Virus record (IMG/VR): IMGVR_UViG_3300037467_002096
Location: 1 to 39,072 of that record
From: a virus
Lineage: Duplodnaviria > Caudoviricetes
DNA: 39,072 nt
Strand: one strand, 5' to 3'
Positions 6,924 to 15,423 of this stretch are shown one piece after another. Made by a program: the position numbers and the translations under genes. Under the pieces are notes generated by a model, which saw nothing but the letters and a program-made list of their open reading frames with translations, ran no database searches and had not been told where the DNA came from. Each line of letters begins with the position of its first letter. Within the stretch, counting starts at the first letter, position 1.

Positions 6924-8078
6924 ATGAAAACCGAAAATATTCAAGAAGTAGAAGTAATAGAGCAAAAGAAATCACTTTTAACTCTGAAGCCTTTTGATAT
7001 TGCAAAGGCTGAATTAATCCAACTGGTTAACGATTATTCAAATTTAGTAATCACAGAAGAGACGATTGAAGAAGCCAAGAAAGCCCGTCAGATTTTTCAA
7101 AAGAAGAGATACGACATTCAGAACACATTAAAAGATAATAAAGCGGTTTTGAATAAACTAAAGGACAATCAAGAGGCAATGGCTGAGGAGCTGATATCAA
7201 TTACCAGACCTACTGAAGATAAAATTGATTCAGGTATCAAGGCAATTGAAAATAAAAAAGCTGAAGAGAAAGCCAAGAAAGAAAAAGAAGCAGCTGAGAG
7301 AATTGAAAACAGAAAGAAAGCTTTGTATTCCCTTGGAATGACTTTTAATGGAGCATCTTTCATCCTTGGAGAAAGAACAGTTTCTGATTTAATGATCACC
7401 GGTTTGAATGATAATCAATTTGATATTCTTCTAAGAGATGTTCAATCTGAATCAGAAATGATCAAGGCACAAAAGGAAAAAGAAGAGCAGCTTGCAAAGC
7501 AGGAACAAGAAAGGATTGCAGCTCAGAAAGCAGAACAAGATCGAATTGCTAAAGAGCAAGCCGAAAAGGAAAAAGCTTTGAAGGCAGAAGAGGAAAGAAT
7601 TGCAAAAGAAAAAGCAGCTTTTAAACAACAGGTAATTAATTCAAGGATAGATCAATTAAATATTCTTGGATTTACTTCAAAAGATACCTTTTTAACATTT
7701 GAAAATTTCTCTATTGACTATTCAATAATTGAAAAATATTCAAATGATCAATGGAGTGAATTAGTTCAACAAATAACACCTCAGATTGCAAAAATTAAAG
7801 AAGAGAATGCGAGGATTGAAGCTGAATTAAAAGAGAAAGAAGCAGCCAAAGCAAAAGAAGAAGCTGAATTACAAGCAAAATTAAAAGCAGAAAGAGAGGA
7901 ATCTCTGAAAACTGATAAAGAAAAGCTTCTTGGTTTTGCAAAGGGTATTTCAATTTATGTTTCTAATTGCCAGCCAAAAGAATTACAAGATTCTAAGTCA
8001 CAAGAATTATTGGAAGAGGCAATTGATAGAATAAATGGAGCAGTTTCATTTATCAACTTTGAAATTAAAAATCTATAA
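6924..8078 (+). CDS. Long coiled-coil protein (DUF1351-like) with internal repeat
   Basis: E/K/A-rich heptads; two similar R...L..LG.T modules. Confidence 0.6.
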   Translation: MKTENIQEVEVIEQKKSLLTLKPFDIAKAELIQLVNDYSNLVITEETIEEAKKARQIFQKKRYDIQNTLKDNKAVLNKLKDNQEAMAEELISITRPTEDKIDSGIKAIENKKAEEKAKKEKEAAERIENRKKALYSLGMTFNGASFILGERTVSDLMITGLNDNQFDILLRDVQSESEMIKAQKEKEEQLAKQEQERIAAQKAEQDRIAKEQAEKEKALKAEEERIAKEKAAFKQQVINSRIDQLNILGFTSKDTFLTFENFSIDYSIIEKYSNDQWSELVQQITPQIAKIKEENARIEAELKEKEAAKAKEEAELQAKLKAEREESLKTDKEKLLGFAKGISIYVSNCQPKELQDSKSQELLEEAIDRINGAVSFINFEIKNL

Positions 8079-8117
8079 AATTTCAATTTTCCTTGTATCT
8101 GAAGAAATACAAGTTTT

Positions 8118-8186
8118 GAAGGATGGTTCAGTTGGGAAAACAGTTTGTAAGGTTTCTGTTTGCAGGTTCGAATCCTGTCTCCTTCT
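8118..8186 (+). pseudogene. Degenerate tRNA-like element
   Basis: Canonical T-arm GCAGG-TTCGAAT-CCTGT and GAAGGA/TCCTTC acceptor pairing; no proper anticodon arm. Confidence 0.6.
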
Positions 8187-8225
8187 CTAGAAATTATCCA
8201 AGCTACAGAATAAACTATAAGTATT

Positions 8226-8588
8226 ATGAATAGAGAAATCAAGTTTAGAGGATACGATTTAGTAAATAAAAGGTGGATTTATGGTTCGCTTATTATTGAG
8301 AAATCAGGTGATGTTGCAATCTCTGATGATTTTGGAACGTGGTATGATGTAGACCCTAATTCGGTTGGTCAATTTAGATGGAAAGAACAAACAGATATTT
8401 ATGATGGAGATATACTGTCGTTCTTATACAATGAAGAAAGAAGAATGGAGCCTGTTCAATCAACATTACTTAATACCTATGTCGGTCGCTCTTGTAATTT
8501 CAGAGCCAGTGATTTGTTTGATATAAATAAATTTAAATCGATAGAAGTAATAGGTAATATCTACCAAAACCCTGATCTATTAAAATAA
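8226..8588 (+). CDS. YopX family protein
   Basis: MNREIKFRG...WIYGSL, VGQF, IYDGDI, EVIGNIYQNPDLL. Confidence 0.9.
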   Translation: MNREIKFRGYDLVNKRWIYGSLIIEKSGDVAISDDFGTWYDVDPNSVGQFRWKEQTDIYDGDILSFLYNEERRMEPVQSTLLNTYVGRSCNFRASDLFDINKFKSIEVIGNIYQNPDLLK

Positions 8589-8725
8589 CTAACAGGTGTT
8601 AAGTATAACCGATTAAAAATATCCAAGGTGGTGGCTACCAAAGTAAGAGATGATAAAATTAATGCTCTTGCAATAAGTGAACTGACAGCCTGGAAAGACA
8701 GGAATTTTAAACCCCACTTATAACA

Positions 8726-9025
8726 ATGGTACAAGCAGGAGATCAAATCATTATGTCTATCAAAGAACGTGAGCTTGAAATTGAAGCCGTGGTTCTTAAA
8801 ACTCTTGAGAAAGTTAATTCACCAATTACTCCAATTCATAAATCAATTAAAACATTGACCGTTGAAGGTGTAATGAATCTTTTTCATAAAAGTAGAACGA
8901 CAATTGACAGCTACAGGAGGAGAAAAAAGAATCCTCTTCCAATGGTTGGTACTCCTCCACTTATTGAAGAGGAGATTGCTTGGGAATGGTACAAGAATCA
9001 TTCCGGAGATTACCAGCCAGAATAA
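8726..9025 (+). CDS. Excisionase-like winged-HTH protein
   Basis: LTVEGVMNLFHKSRTTIDSYRR...LP resembles MerR/HTH_17 Xis. Confidence 0.6.
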   Translation: MVQAGDQIIMSIKERELEIEAVVLKTLEKVNSPITPIHKSIKTLTVEGVMNLFHKSRTTIDSYRRRKKNPLPMVGTPPLIEEEIAWEWYKNHSGDYQPE

Positions 9026-9056
9026 ATCATTAAGGAACAAACTAACTAATTAACCG

Positions 9057-9269
9057 ATGGAGACTAATAAAAAAACCACTAAGAAAAAGAGAAACCTTCA
9101 AGATAGGTTAAGACTTACCAAGGATACTGATTTTTGGTTCAAGGATTCATTTTTCGATAAAATATTTTCAAGCGCTGAATCTGCCATCTCTTCAATTGAA
9201 GAAAACCTAAACAGTGTTAAAGAATATAAAGGCAATAGGGATAATTTCAGGCGTAGAGCTTTATTATAA
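9057..9269 (+). CDS. Hypothetical protein
   Basis: 70-aa ORF in the operon. Confidence 0.5.
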   Translation: METNKKTTKKKRNLQDRLRLTKDTDFWFKDSFFDKIFSSAESAISSIEENLNSVKEYKGNRDNFRRRALL

Positions 9270-9320
9270 TTCCCAATACGCCAATAAATAATTCTATCCC
9301 AATTTAAAATTCACTTTACC

Positions 9321-9458
9321 ATGTTTCACATTTCCGAATTCTGGAAAGGGTTCCTAACTCTCCTTTCCTATGAGATAGCTTTTGCCTTTGTTTTCATAAT
9401 GTGGTCCTACTTTACATTAAGGAATCACAAAAAAGATGATTACAATTTACCATCATAA
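9321..9458 (+). CDS. Small single-TM protein (45 aa, not in ORF track)
   Basis: MFHISEFWKGFLTLLSYEIAFAFVFIMWSYF... fills the gap. Confidence 0.5.
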   Translation: MFHISEFWKGFLTLLSYEIAFAFVFIMWSYFTLRNHKKDDYNLPS

Positions 9459-9482
9459 TTATTCACTTATAACTTAACAACA

Positions 9483-10088
9483 ATGGAGAAGACAATAAAC
9501 ATTAAAAAAGCCAAAATAATTGATGGTGTTTTTTTAGAAATAGAATACACCGAAACCGAAGCTGATGGAGATTCATCAGTTAGCACCGACTTTAAAGGGT
9601 TATTCAGGAAAAGAATTCATGAAGATCTTCTTGGTTCCTTCGATAGGCTTAAAGTTCATTTAGCTTTCCTTTCTGAATATGTGGATGTAACGGATGATGA
9701 TCATTTTGAAACCGAAGATATTTTTGAGGATAAGCGATTTGATAAGTTCAAAGTAACTCAGTTTTCAATGGGTGGTTCAGATGAAAGCTATGGAGTAACT
9801 CTCACAGGTCAAAAGAAGCTAAGAGGTAACAAGATTTTAAATCTGAATGCTCCTTTTACCAAGTTCGAAGAGCAGCGAGGACAAGATGAATATCAGTTCC
9901 TAAATGAGCTTTATCATCACGTAATGAAAGCAATCAACGAGGTTGAATTATACCTTAATGGAAAGCATGTTCCGGATCCTCAACTAGATTTATTTGAAGG
10001 TGAAGATCCTAAAGATAAATGGGAAAAAGCCAAAAAAGATCTAAATGATAAAGGCTATGATGTTACTGTTACACTTGGTAATAAATAA
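9483..10088 (+). CDS. Conserved-type Bacteroidota phage early protein with QLDLF motif
   Basis: IHEDL..SF..L..HL, GVTLTG.K and LNAP pattern; PDPQLDLF. Confidence 0.7.
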   Translation: MEKTINIKKAKIIDGVFLEIEYTETEADGDSSVSTDFKGLFRKRIHEDLLGSFDRLKVHLAFLSEYVDVTDDDHFETEDIFEDKRFDKFKVTQFSMGGSDESYGVTLTGQKKLRGNKILNLNAPFTKFEEQRGQDEYQFLNELYHHVMKAINEVELYLNGKHVPDPQLDLFEGEDPKDKWEKAKKDLNDKGYDVTVTLGNK

Positions 10089-10091
10089 AAT

Positions 10092-10262
10092 ATGAATTCA
10101 AATCAATTAGCATCTCTCGTTAAGGAAATGAGAGATGCACAAAAGAAATACTTCAAGGAACGTACCCAATCAGCTTTAACAGCTTCCAAAGACCTTGAAA
10201 AGAAAGTTGATCAGGAAGTTGAAAAGATTTTAAACAGGGAAGTACAAACCAATTTATTCTAA
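10092..10262 (+). CDS. Small helical protein (56 aa, not in ORF track) ending QTNLF
   Basis: MNSNQLASLVKEMRDAQKKYFKERTQSAL...; stop abuts the MTase start. Confidence 0.75.
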   Translation: MNSNQLASLVKEMRDAQKKYFKERTQSALTASKDLEKKVDQEVEKILNREVQTNLF

Positions 10263-10263
10263 A

Positions 10264-11199
10264 ATGACATTAGGATCTTTATTCGATGGTATCAGTGGTT
10301 TTCCTCTTGCTGCAAGTTGGGCAGGAATAGAAACTAAATGGATAAGTGAAATAGATCCTTATTGCCTTAAAGTATCAAAGAAGAATTTTCCAAATGCAAT
10401 TCAATATGGCAACATCAAAGAAATCAGTAATCCAGAATACGTGGACATTATTTCCGGAGGATTCCCATGTCAACCATTCTCAGTTGCAGGAAAGCAGCAA
10501 GGAAAAGAAGATAACCGTTACCTCTGGCCTCAAATGCTTAGAGTTATCAGAGAGGTTAAACCACGATGGGTTATTGGTGAGAATGTTCCTGGCATCATCA
10601 ACCTGGCACTCGAGGAAGTGCTCACTTCGTTGGAAAATGAAGGTTATAAAACGGAAACGTTTATTATTCCAGCTTGTGCCACAGGTGCACCACATAGAAG
10701 AGATAGAGTCTGGATTGTTGCCCACTCCGACAGCATCGGAAAGTTATGCCGGACCTCAAATAGTGACCGGAAAAATGAAAATAAGGAAATCAGGTCAGAT
10801 CTATTCTTCGAGACTTATAGATCTAGCAGCGAGCGGACTATTGCCAACTCCTACAAATTCAATGGTAACATACCAGGATTTTATTCAGGCTGGTTATCAC
10901 AGCAGCAAAAGACCAGTTTATTCTTCGATTATGTTGCCAACACCAACAGCTTCCAGCGATGCAAAAGGAGAATGTACGAGAACGGATCCGAAGAGACAGA
11001 AAGACACGTTAGCTCATTTTATTCATTCACAGGAAGGAACTGGGAAAACTTCCCAACTCAATCCGGGATTTGTAGAAGAGATGATGGGATACCCAATAGG
11101 GTGGACAGAATTAAAGCCTTAGGAAATGCAATAGTTCCTCAAGTAGCTTATGAGATATTTAAAGCAATAGTATCAATTGAAAAGGAATTACAAGGTTAA
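10264..11199 (+). CDS. DNA cytosine-C5 methyltransferase, large (alpha) polypeptide
   Basis: Motif I SLFDGISG, IV GGFPCQPFS, VI ENV, VIII HRRDRVWIV, X LGNAIVPQV; motif IX not seen in this frame. Confidence 0.92.
   Translation: MTLGSLFDGISGFPLAASWAGIETKWISEIDPYCLKVSKKNFPNAIQYGNIKEISNPEYVDIISGGFPCQPFSVAGKQQGKEDNRYLWPQMLRVIREVKPRWVIGENVPGIINLALEEVLTSLENEGYKTETFIIPACATGAPHRRDRVWIVAHSDSIGKLCRTSNSDRKNENKEIRSDLFFETYRSSSERTIANSYKFNGNIPGFYSGWLSQQQKTSLFFDYVANTNSFQRCKRRMYENGSEETERHVSSFYSFTGRNWENFPTQSGICRRDDGIPNRVDRIKALGNAIVPQVAYEIFKAIVSIEKELQG
10394..11122 (+). CDS. Nested alternative-frame MTase small (beta) polypeptide carrying motif IX
   Basis: 242 aa open inside the MTase gene; three LPTPT repeats; C-terminal LNPGFVEEMMGYPIGWT. 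Confidence 0.8.
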   Translation: MQFNMATSKKSVIQNTWTLFPEDSHVNHSQLQESSKEKKITVTSGLKCLELSERLNHDGLLVRMFLASSTWHSRKCSLRWKMKVIKRKRLLFQLVPQVHHIEEIESGLLPTPTASESYAGPQIVTGKMKIRKSGQIYSSRLIDLAASGLLPTPTNSMVTYQDFIQAGYHSSKRPVYSSIMLPTPTASSDAKGECTRTDPKRQKDTLAHFIHSQEGTGKTSQLNPGFVEEMMGYPIGWTELKP

Positions 11200-11225
11200 A
11201 TTTTAAAGGGAACAAATAATTAGTT

Positions 11226-12020
11226 ATGGCAAAGGATCCATCATTTCCTTTTTATGCTCAGGATTATCTAATTGATACTTTACGTTGGGATCGAGCAATG
11301 AAAAGTTTACACGTCGATTTAATGGCTGAATCATGGATCAACGGTCCTCTTCTGGATGAACACGGGCATCCATTCGGTTTAACCGCGGATGACATTCGGT
11401 TATGGGAGCGGATCAAACACAAATGGATTTTGGTTGATGGCCATTGGGAAAATGATAAGCTTGAAAAGGTTCGAGAGAACCGGAAGAAATTTTTGGAAAG
11501 TCAATCTGAAAAGGGTAGAAAGTCAGCAGAAGCACGAAAAAACAAAGAAAATAAAATCAGTGGTTCAACCGATGTTAAAATAAATATTAAACAAGAGTTA
11601 AACAGTGGTTCAACCGCGGTTGAACCTTTAGAAAAGGAAAAAGAAAATGAAAAGGAAAAGGAAAAAGAAATAGTAAAGGGTAAAGAGGAAAAAGCAGTTG
11701 AAATTATTCTTCCTTTCAAATCACAAAAGTTTGAATCAGCATGGATTAAGTGGATCAAATACAGGAAAGAAATTGGTAAGCCTTACAAATCAATTGAGAG
11801 CCAAAAGGGAGCATTGAAACAACTTTCAGTATTTGATGAGGATTACGCAATTGGTTTAATCGAAAGAAGTATTTCCAATCAATACCAAGGTTTGATTTTT
11901 GAAAATACCATGAGTGAGTACTTAAAATTCAAGAACAATGGACAAAAGAACAGGACCAACGGGAATAAACAACTTATTGCCAATACAACCAATCAAGGAG
12001 GAGATTTCGGTGAGTTATAA
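11226..12020 (+). CDS. Phage replication initiator (lambda O analogue, DUF1376-like N-terminus)
   Basis: MAKDPSFPFYAQDY, QSEKGRKSAEAR, EKEKE linker, W..WIKYRKE...SISNQYQG. Confidence 0.8.
   Translation: MAKDPSFPFYAQDYLIDTLRWDRAMKSLHVDLMAESWINGPLLDEHGHPFGLTADDIRLWERIKHKWILVDGHWENDKLEKVRENRKKFLESQSEKGRKSAEARKNKENKISGSTDVKINIKQELNSGSTAVEPLEKEKENEKEKEKEIVKGKEEKAVEIILPFKSQKFESAWIKWIKYRKEIGKPYKSIESQKGALKQLSVFDEDYAIGLIERSISNQYQGLIFENTMSEYLKFKNNGQKNRTNGNKQLIANTTNQGGDFGEL
11558..11673. repeat. Candidate replication origin: iterons, 20-bp perfect palindrome, A-rich tract
   Basis: CAGTGGTTCAACCG at 11558 and 11603; GGTTCAACCGCGGTTGAACC 11607-11626; purine tract 11631-11673. Confidence 0.65.
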
Positions 12021-12717
12021 GAACATTGAATTAACTGAAGAGGAAAAGAATCAAGCCTTGAGAGCAGCTCTTGAAATGAAGATTGCAAAGGTTAAAGAGG
12101 CTGAATATTGGGAAAGAGTAAAGAATCCTCCAAAACCTAAAATGTTAACTTCTGCAGAGCTTATTCAAGTTGTGATTAAGCGGGGAGAAACTTCCATCCC
12201 AGGATTTGAATTGACTGAAGCAGATGTGAAAATATATACTTTGCTTGCTGAATACTTTACTAATGATCCAAAATTTGAACAGGAAGGAAAGTTTTCGTTA
12301 AGAAAGGGATTGTTGATTTATGGAAATATTGGTTGTGGAAAAACAAGCGCTTTGAATTTATTCAGAACCATTGTCAATCCAAGTTTTCCAATCATAGCCT
12401 GCAGGGAAGTTTCCAATCAGCTTAAAACCGAAGGATTTCAAATAATTGATAAGTACTCCAATTATCCTTGTGTTTGCTTTGATGACTTAGGAACAGAATC
12501 AATCAGTAAAAACTTTGGGAATGAAAGTAATGTAATGTCAGAATTGATTCTTGCTAGGTATGATAAGTTTATCCAGTATCAGTTCAAAACCCATATGACA
12601 ACCAATATGAGCGCTGAAATGATCAAAGCAAATTACGGTGAAAGAGAAGCGAGCAGAATGAGAGAAATGTTTAACCTGATAAAATTTCCATCTGATGCAA
12701 AAGACAAACGGAAGTAA
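11938..12717 (+). CDS. DnaC/IstB-like AAA+ helicase loader
   Basis: Walker A GNIGCGKT, Walker B CFDDLG, THMTTN, YGER..SRMREM. Confidence 0.88.
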   Translation: MDKRTGPTGINNLLPIQPIKEEISVSYKNIELTEEEKNQALRAALEMKIAKVKEAEYWERVKNPPKPKMLTSAELIQVVIKRGETSIPGFELTEADVKIYTLLAEYFTNDPKFEQEGKFSLRKGLLIYGNIGCGKTSALNLFRTIVNPSFPIIACREVSNQLKTEGFQIIDKYSNYPCVCFDDLGTESISKNFGNESNVMSELILARYDKFIQYQFKTHMTTNMSAEMIKANYGEREASRMREMFNLIKFPSDAKDKRK

Positions 12718-13096
12718 GAATTTTCAAAATACCTTGGTTTATAGAAGGAAGAGGTTAAGCAAAAAGAAAAGAAGAAAAACCACAAGGGTATTCAATGATA
12801 AAAAATTGAAAGTAGTTATTGAATTGTGTATTGAAAAATTTCCTTTTCCTAACAATCCAATAACCATTGAGAAGTTAAAATCCAAAAGAAGGTTTGATGA
12901 GCTTGTTACCGTAAGAAGTGCGGTCATGTGGATTGCCTTTCATAAATTAAAAATGTCTCAAAATATGATAGGTGATTATTTCGGTAAAAGGAACCATGCA
13001 ACTGTTATCCATGCAATGAAGAACATTGAAAATTGGTATCAAACAGATAAGGATTTCAGGAAAATATTTGATGAGATTCTTCTTGCTTTCAAATAG
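12695..13096 (+). CDS. Protein with stand-alone DnaA domain IV-like HTH
   Basis: LKSKRR...R...M...MSQNMIGDYFGKRNHATVIHA. Confidence 0.85.
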   Translation: MQKTNGSKNFQNTLVYRRKRLSKKKRRKTTRVFNDKKLKVVIELCIEKFPFPNNPITIEKLKSKRRFDELVTVRSAVMWIAFHKLKMSQNMIGDYFGKRNHATVIHAMKNIENWYQTDKDFRKIFDEILLAFK

Positions 13097-13117
13097 TTAA
13101 ATTGTAAACATTTAGAT

Positions 13118-13477
13118 ATGAAATGTACTGGTTGCGGTGCTTATGTGAGTGGTGATCATTGCGGTTTATGTGGTACCATTCTGAGGATTAAAGAACCCGA
13201 AGTTTCAAAAATTGAATCAAGATCTGAGAAAGGTAAAGCTGAAGATATAATTTATAAAGACCTTAGATTAAAGTTTTTAAAGAAGCATCCAAGGTGTATG
13301 GTTTATCCATGGTTAAAGGCTATCGAAATTCATCACAAAAAAGGAAGAGGTAAATATTATTTAGATACCTCAACATGGATGGCAGTCAGTCGGAAAGCTC
13401 ACGAAGAGATTGAAGCAAATCCAGAATGGGCAAAAGAAAGAGGTTATAGTTTAGAACGTTTAAATGATCAGAAATGA
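13118..13477 (+). CDS. Zn-ribbon plus HNH-like protein
   Basis: CxxC..CxxC N-terminus; HPRC...IHHKKGRG...AVSRKAHEEI. Confidence 0.7.
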   Translation: MKCTGCGAYVSGDHCGLCGTILRIKEPEVSKIESRSEKGKAEDIIYKDLRLKFLKKHPRCMVYPWLKAIEIHHKKGRGKYYLDTSTWMAVSRKAHEEIEANPEWAKERGYSLERLNDQK

Positions 13478-13689
13478 CTTTTGAATTCAATCCCAATTAT
13501 TTCTTCAGGCTTGCCCAATGGATTATTAATTCAAATCCTGGATCATATAAGATTAAAGAATTATCCAATGACTATGACAAGTTTTTCAATCATATCAATT
13601 GGTATTCAATGACAAGGCCGGCAGGTTTTAACAAAGTGGAAATTGTAAACGATGAAATTTTAATTAAACCTGATGGCCATGAAGGATGA
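13474..13689 (+). CDS. Hypothetical protein
   Basis: ATGA-coupled 71-aa ORF. Confidence 0.55.
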   Translation: MTFEFNPNYFFRLAQWIINSNPGSYKIKELSNDYDKFFNHINWYSMTRPAGFNKVEIVNDEILIKPDGHEG

Positions 13690-13797
13690 CAAAGGAAAGG
13701 AATTCATTGATCCTTCGAATTCCAAAGTAAAGAAAAAAGGACCAACGTTGTTCAGGTATCTTTTAAAACAAAAAGGATAAACAGCCGATCACTAAAA

Positions 13798-14043
13798 TTG
13801 CGCCTAAGTCCAATACAGTTCGGAACAACAGTTTTAGATAATCTTTACGAATGCCATTATTGCAAGAAGGAATTAACCTGGGAATTGGTAACAGCTGATC
13901 ATAAACAGCCTCTTTGTAAAGGTGGAAGCAATAATCCAGTTAACCTGGTTCCGTGCTGTTATGATTGCAATCAGCAAAAAAAGAACCTCACTTATGAGGA
14001 ATTCATGAAAAGTATTCAAGTAGCTAAAAAGAAGAGATTTTAA
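13798..14043 (+). CDS. HNH endonuclease (start uncertain)
   Basis: CHYC...TADHKQPLCKGGSN...NLVPCCYDCN. Confidence 0.85.
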   Translation: MRLSPIQFGTTVLDNLYECHYCKKELTWELVTADHKQPLCKGGSNNPVNLVPCCYDCNQQKKNLTYEEFMKSIQVAKKKRF

Positions 14044-14046
14044 ATA

Positions 14047-14466
14047 ATGAGAAGAGTATTAATGTTTTCAACCAAGTTCCCTGAAGATCATCCTTTGCGT
14101 GGAAACCCGACTTTCTTCCCTGAGAAGATTTTGAAGAGAGAGAAGATTCACACAATTCGAGCAGGTTATCAATTTAATGATGGTGATACGATCTTATTCA
14201 GATATTGGAAAGATAAGCCATACAGGAGTAAACAAGTTGAATTTCGTGATCCTGCAATTGTTTCCGTCCAGAAAATCAAGATGGAATGGAAGGGGTTAGA
14301 ATTCCATGTTGAAATAGATGGAAAGGAAATGGGAGATGGAATTATCCTGAAGCTTTCAAAGAATGATGGATTAGCACCTTCAGAATTCATTGATTGGTTT
14401 ACTAAAGGAAAGGCCGAAGGCCGTTTTGAAGGACAAATTAGGCATTGGACCGATTTTAAATATTGA
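14047..14466 (+). CDS. ASCH/PUA-like domain protein
   Basis: KIHTIR, WKDKPYRSKQ, NDGL...F..WF. Confidence 0.6.
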   Translation: MRRVLMFSTKFPEDHPLRGNPTFFPEKILKREKIHTIRAGYQFNDGDTILFRYWKDKPYRSKQVEFRDPAIVSVQKIKMEWKGLEFHVEIDGKEMGDGIILKLSKNDGLAPSEFIDWFTKGKAEGRFEGQIRHWTDFKY

Positions 14467-14469
14467 TCT

Positions 14470-14823
14470 ATGGAAAGATTAACAGTACAAGATTTAGCAA
14501 TGTTCATTGGATGTGAATGCTTGATTAATAATTCTAAGTACGAAAATATAATAGACAGACTAGAACATATTTCACTAGTTGGCGATTGTGCTGGTTCTGA
14601 GTACGAATGGGAAGTACGTCATTGTCAACCAATCCTTAGACCTCTATCAGATATGACAGAAGAAGAGCGAGATGAAAGATCTGAATTTATAGATAGGATA
14701 GAAAAACCAGGAAATTCTATTGAGGTAGATGCCAAATTAACAAAGTTTCTAATTGGTAAACAATTCGATGTATTTAGATGGATTGAAAAAGGATTAGCAA
14801 TTGATAAAACCAAGATTAAATAA
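14470..14823 (+). CDS. Hypothetical phage protein
   Basis: PILRPLSDMTEEE and FDVF..IEKGLAI pattern of phage nin-region proteins. Confidence 0.7.
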   Translation: MERLTVQDLAMFIGCECLINNSKYENIIDRLEHISLVGDCAGSEYEWEVRHCQPILRPLSDMTEEERDERSEFIDRIEKPGNSIEVDAKLTKFLIGKQFDVFRWIEKGLAIDKTKIK

Positions 14824-15098
14824 TGAGAGCAACATCATTTAAAGAAACGAATTCAGTTTTAATGGCTGGCAACAATCCGAATACGGATCAATTACCAATT
14901 GCTCACGCAAAGCATGAAGATCTTCCAGGTGTAAATGTGATGGTGAGTAAATACAAGCTTACTGAGGAAGAAGTGAAAAGGATAAATGAAACCGGTGAAA
15001 TATGGTTGTTAGTTATGGGATCGAAACATCCTCCATTGATGCCAACCGTTTTTAATCCATTTACAGAACATGGATACGAACCATTACCAATTATATAA
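14823..15098 (+). CDS. Hypothetical phage protein
   Basis: TAATG-coupled; SKYKLTEEE...TGEIWL..MG..HPP. Confidence 0.7.
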   Translation: MRATSFKETNSVLMAGNNPNTDQLPIAHAKHEDLPGVNVMVSKYKLTEEEVKRINETGEIWLLVMGSKHPPLMPTVFNPFTEHGYEPLPII

Positions 15099-15103
15099 AT
15101 AAT

Positions 15104-15129
15104 TTGTACACTACAATCCACGTGGAACA
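15104..15129. promoter_or_regulatory. Second operator palindrome (TTGTA-CAC-TACAA) overlapping a parS-like 16-mer
   Basis: 15104-15116 is the reverse complement of 4592-4604; CAATCCACGTGGAACA at 15114-15129. Confidence 0.5.
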
Positions 15130-15146
15130 TTTTAAATAAATAAACT

Positions 15147-15422
15147 ATGGATAATTATTTTTTAGATGATGAAAATGAGGAAATGGAAATGCCTTGTGCT
15201 TGTCAAAAATGTGGGGAATGGTTTGATTTAAATGATGGATACGGAAGTAAAAAATGGTTTCCTAATACAGTAATATGTGAAGACTGTCATAAGATTGAAG
15301 AGGAAGAAATTGAAAGAGATGAGGAGATTGAAGATCTTTTGGATAACATTTCCGATGCTGAATATACAATTAAGCATGGAAAGGAAAGATTAAAAGAATT
15401 GGGTTATAAAGGAGAATTATAA
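15147..15422 (+). CDS. Acidic Zn-finger protein
   Basis: CQKC...CEDC then acidic coiled coil. Confidence 0.65.
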   Translation: MDNYFLDDENEEMEMPCACQKCGEWFDLNDGYGSKKWFPNTVICEDCHKIEEEEIERDEEIEDLLDNISDAEYTIKHGKERLKELGYKGEL

Positions 15423-15423
15423 T

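Noticed and set aside
13673-13800. Possible frameshifted N-terminus of the HNH gene (ATG 13686 stops at 13730; HNH frame open from 13711)
   Set aside because: Cannot distinguish a TTG start, a small separate ORF (13673-13780) or an indel without homologues
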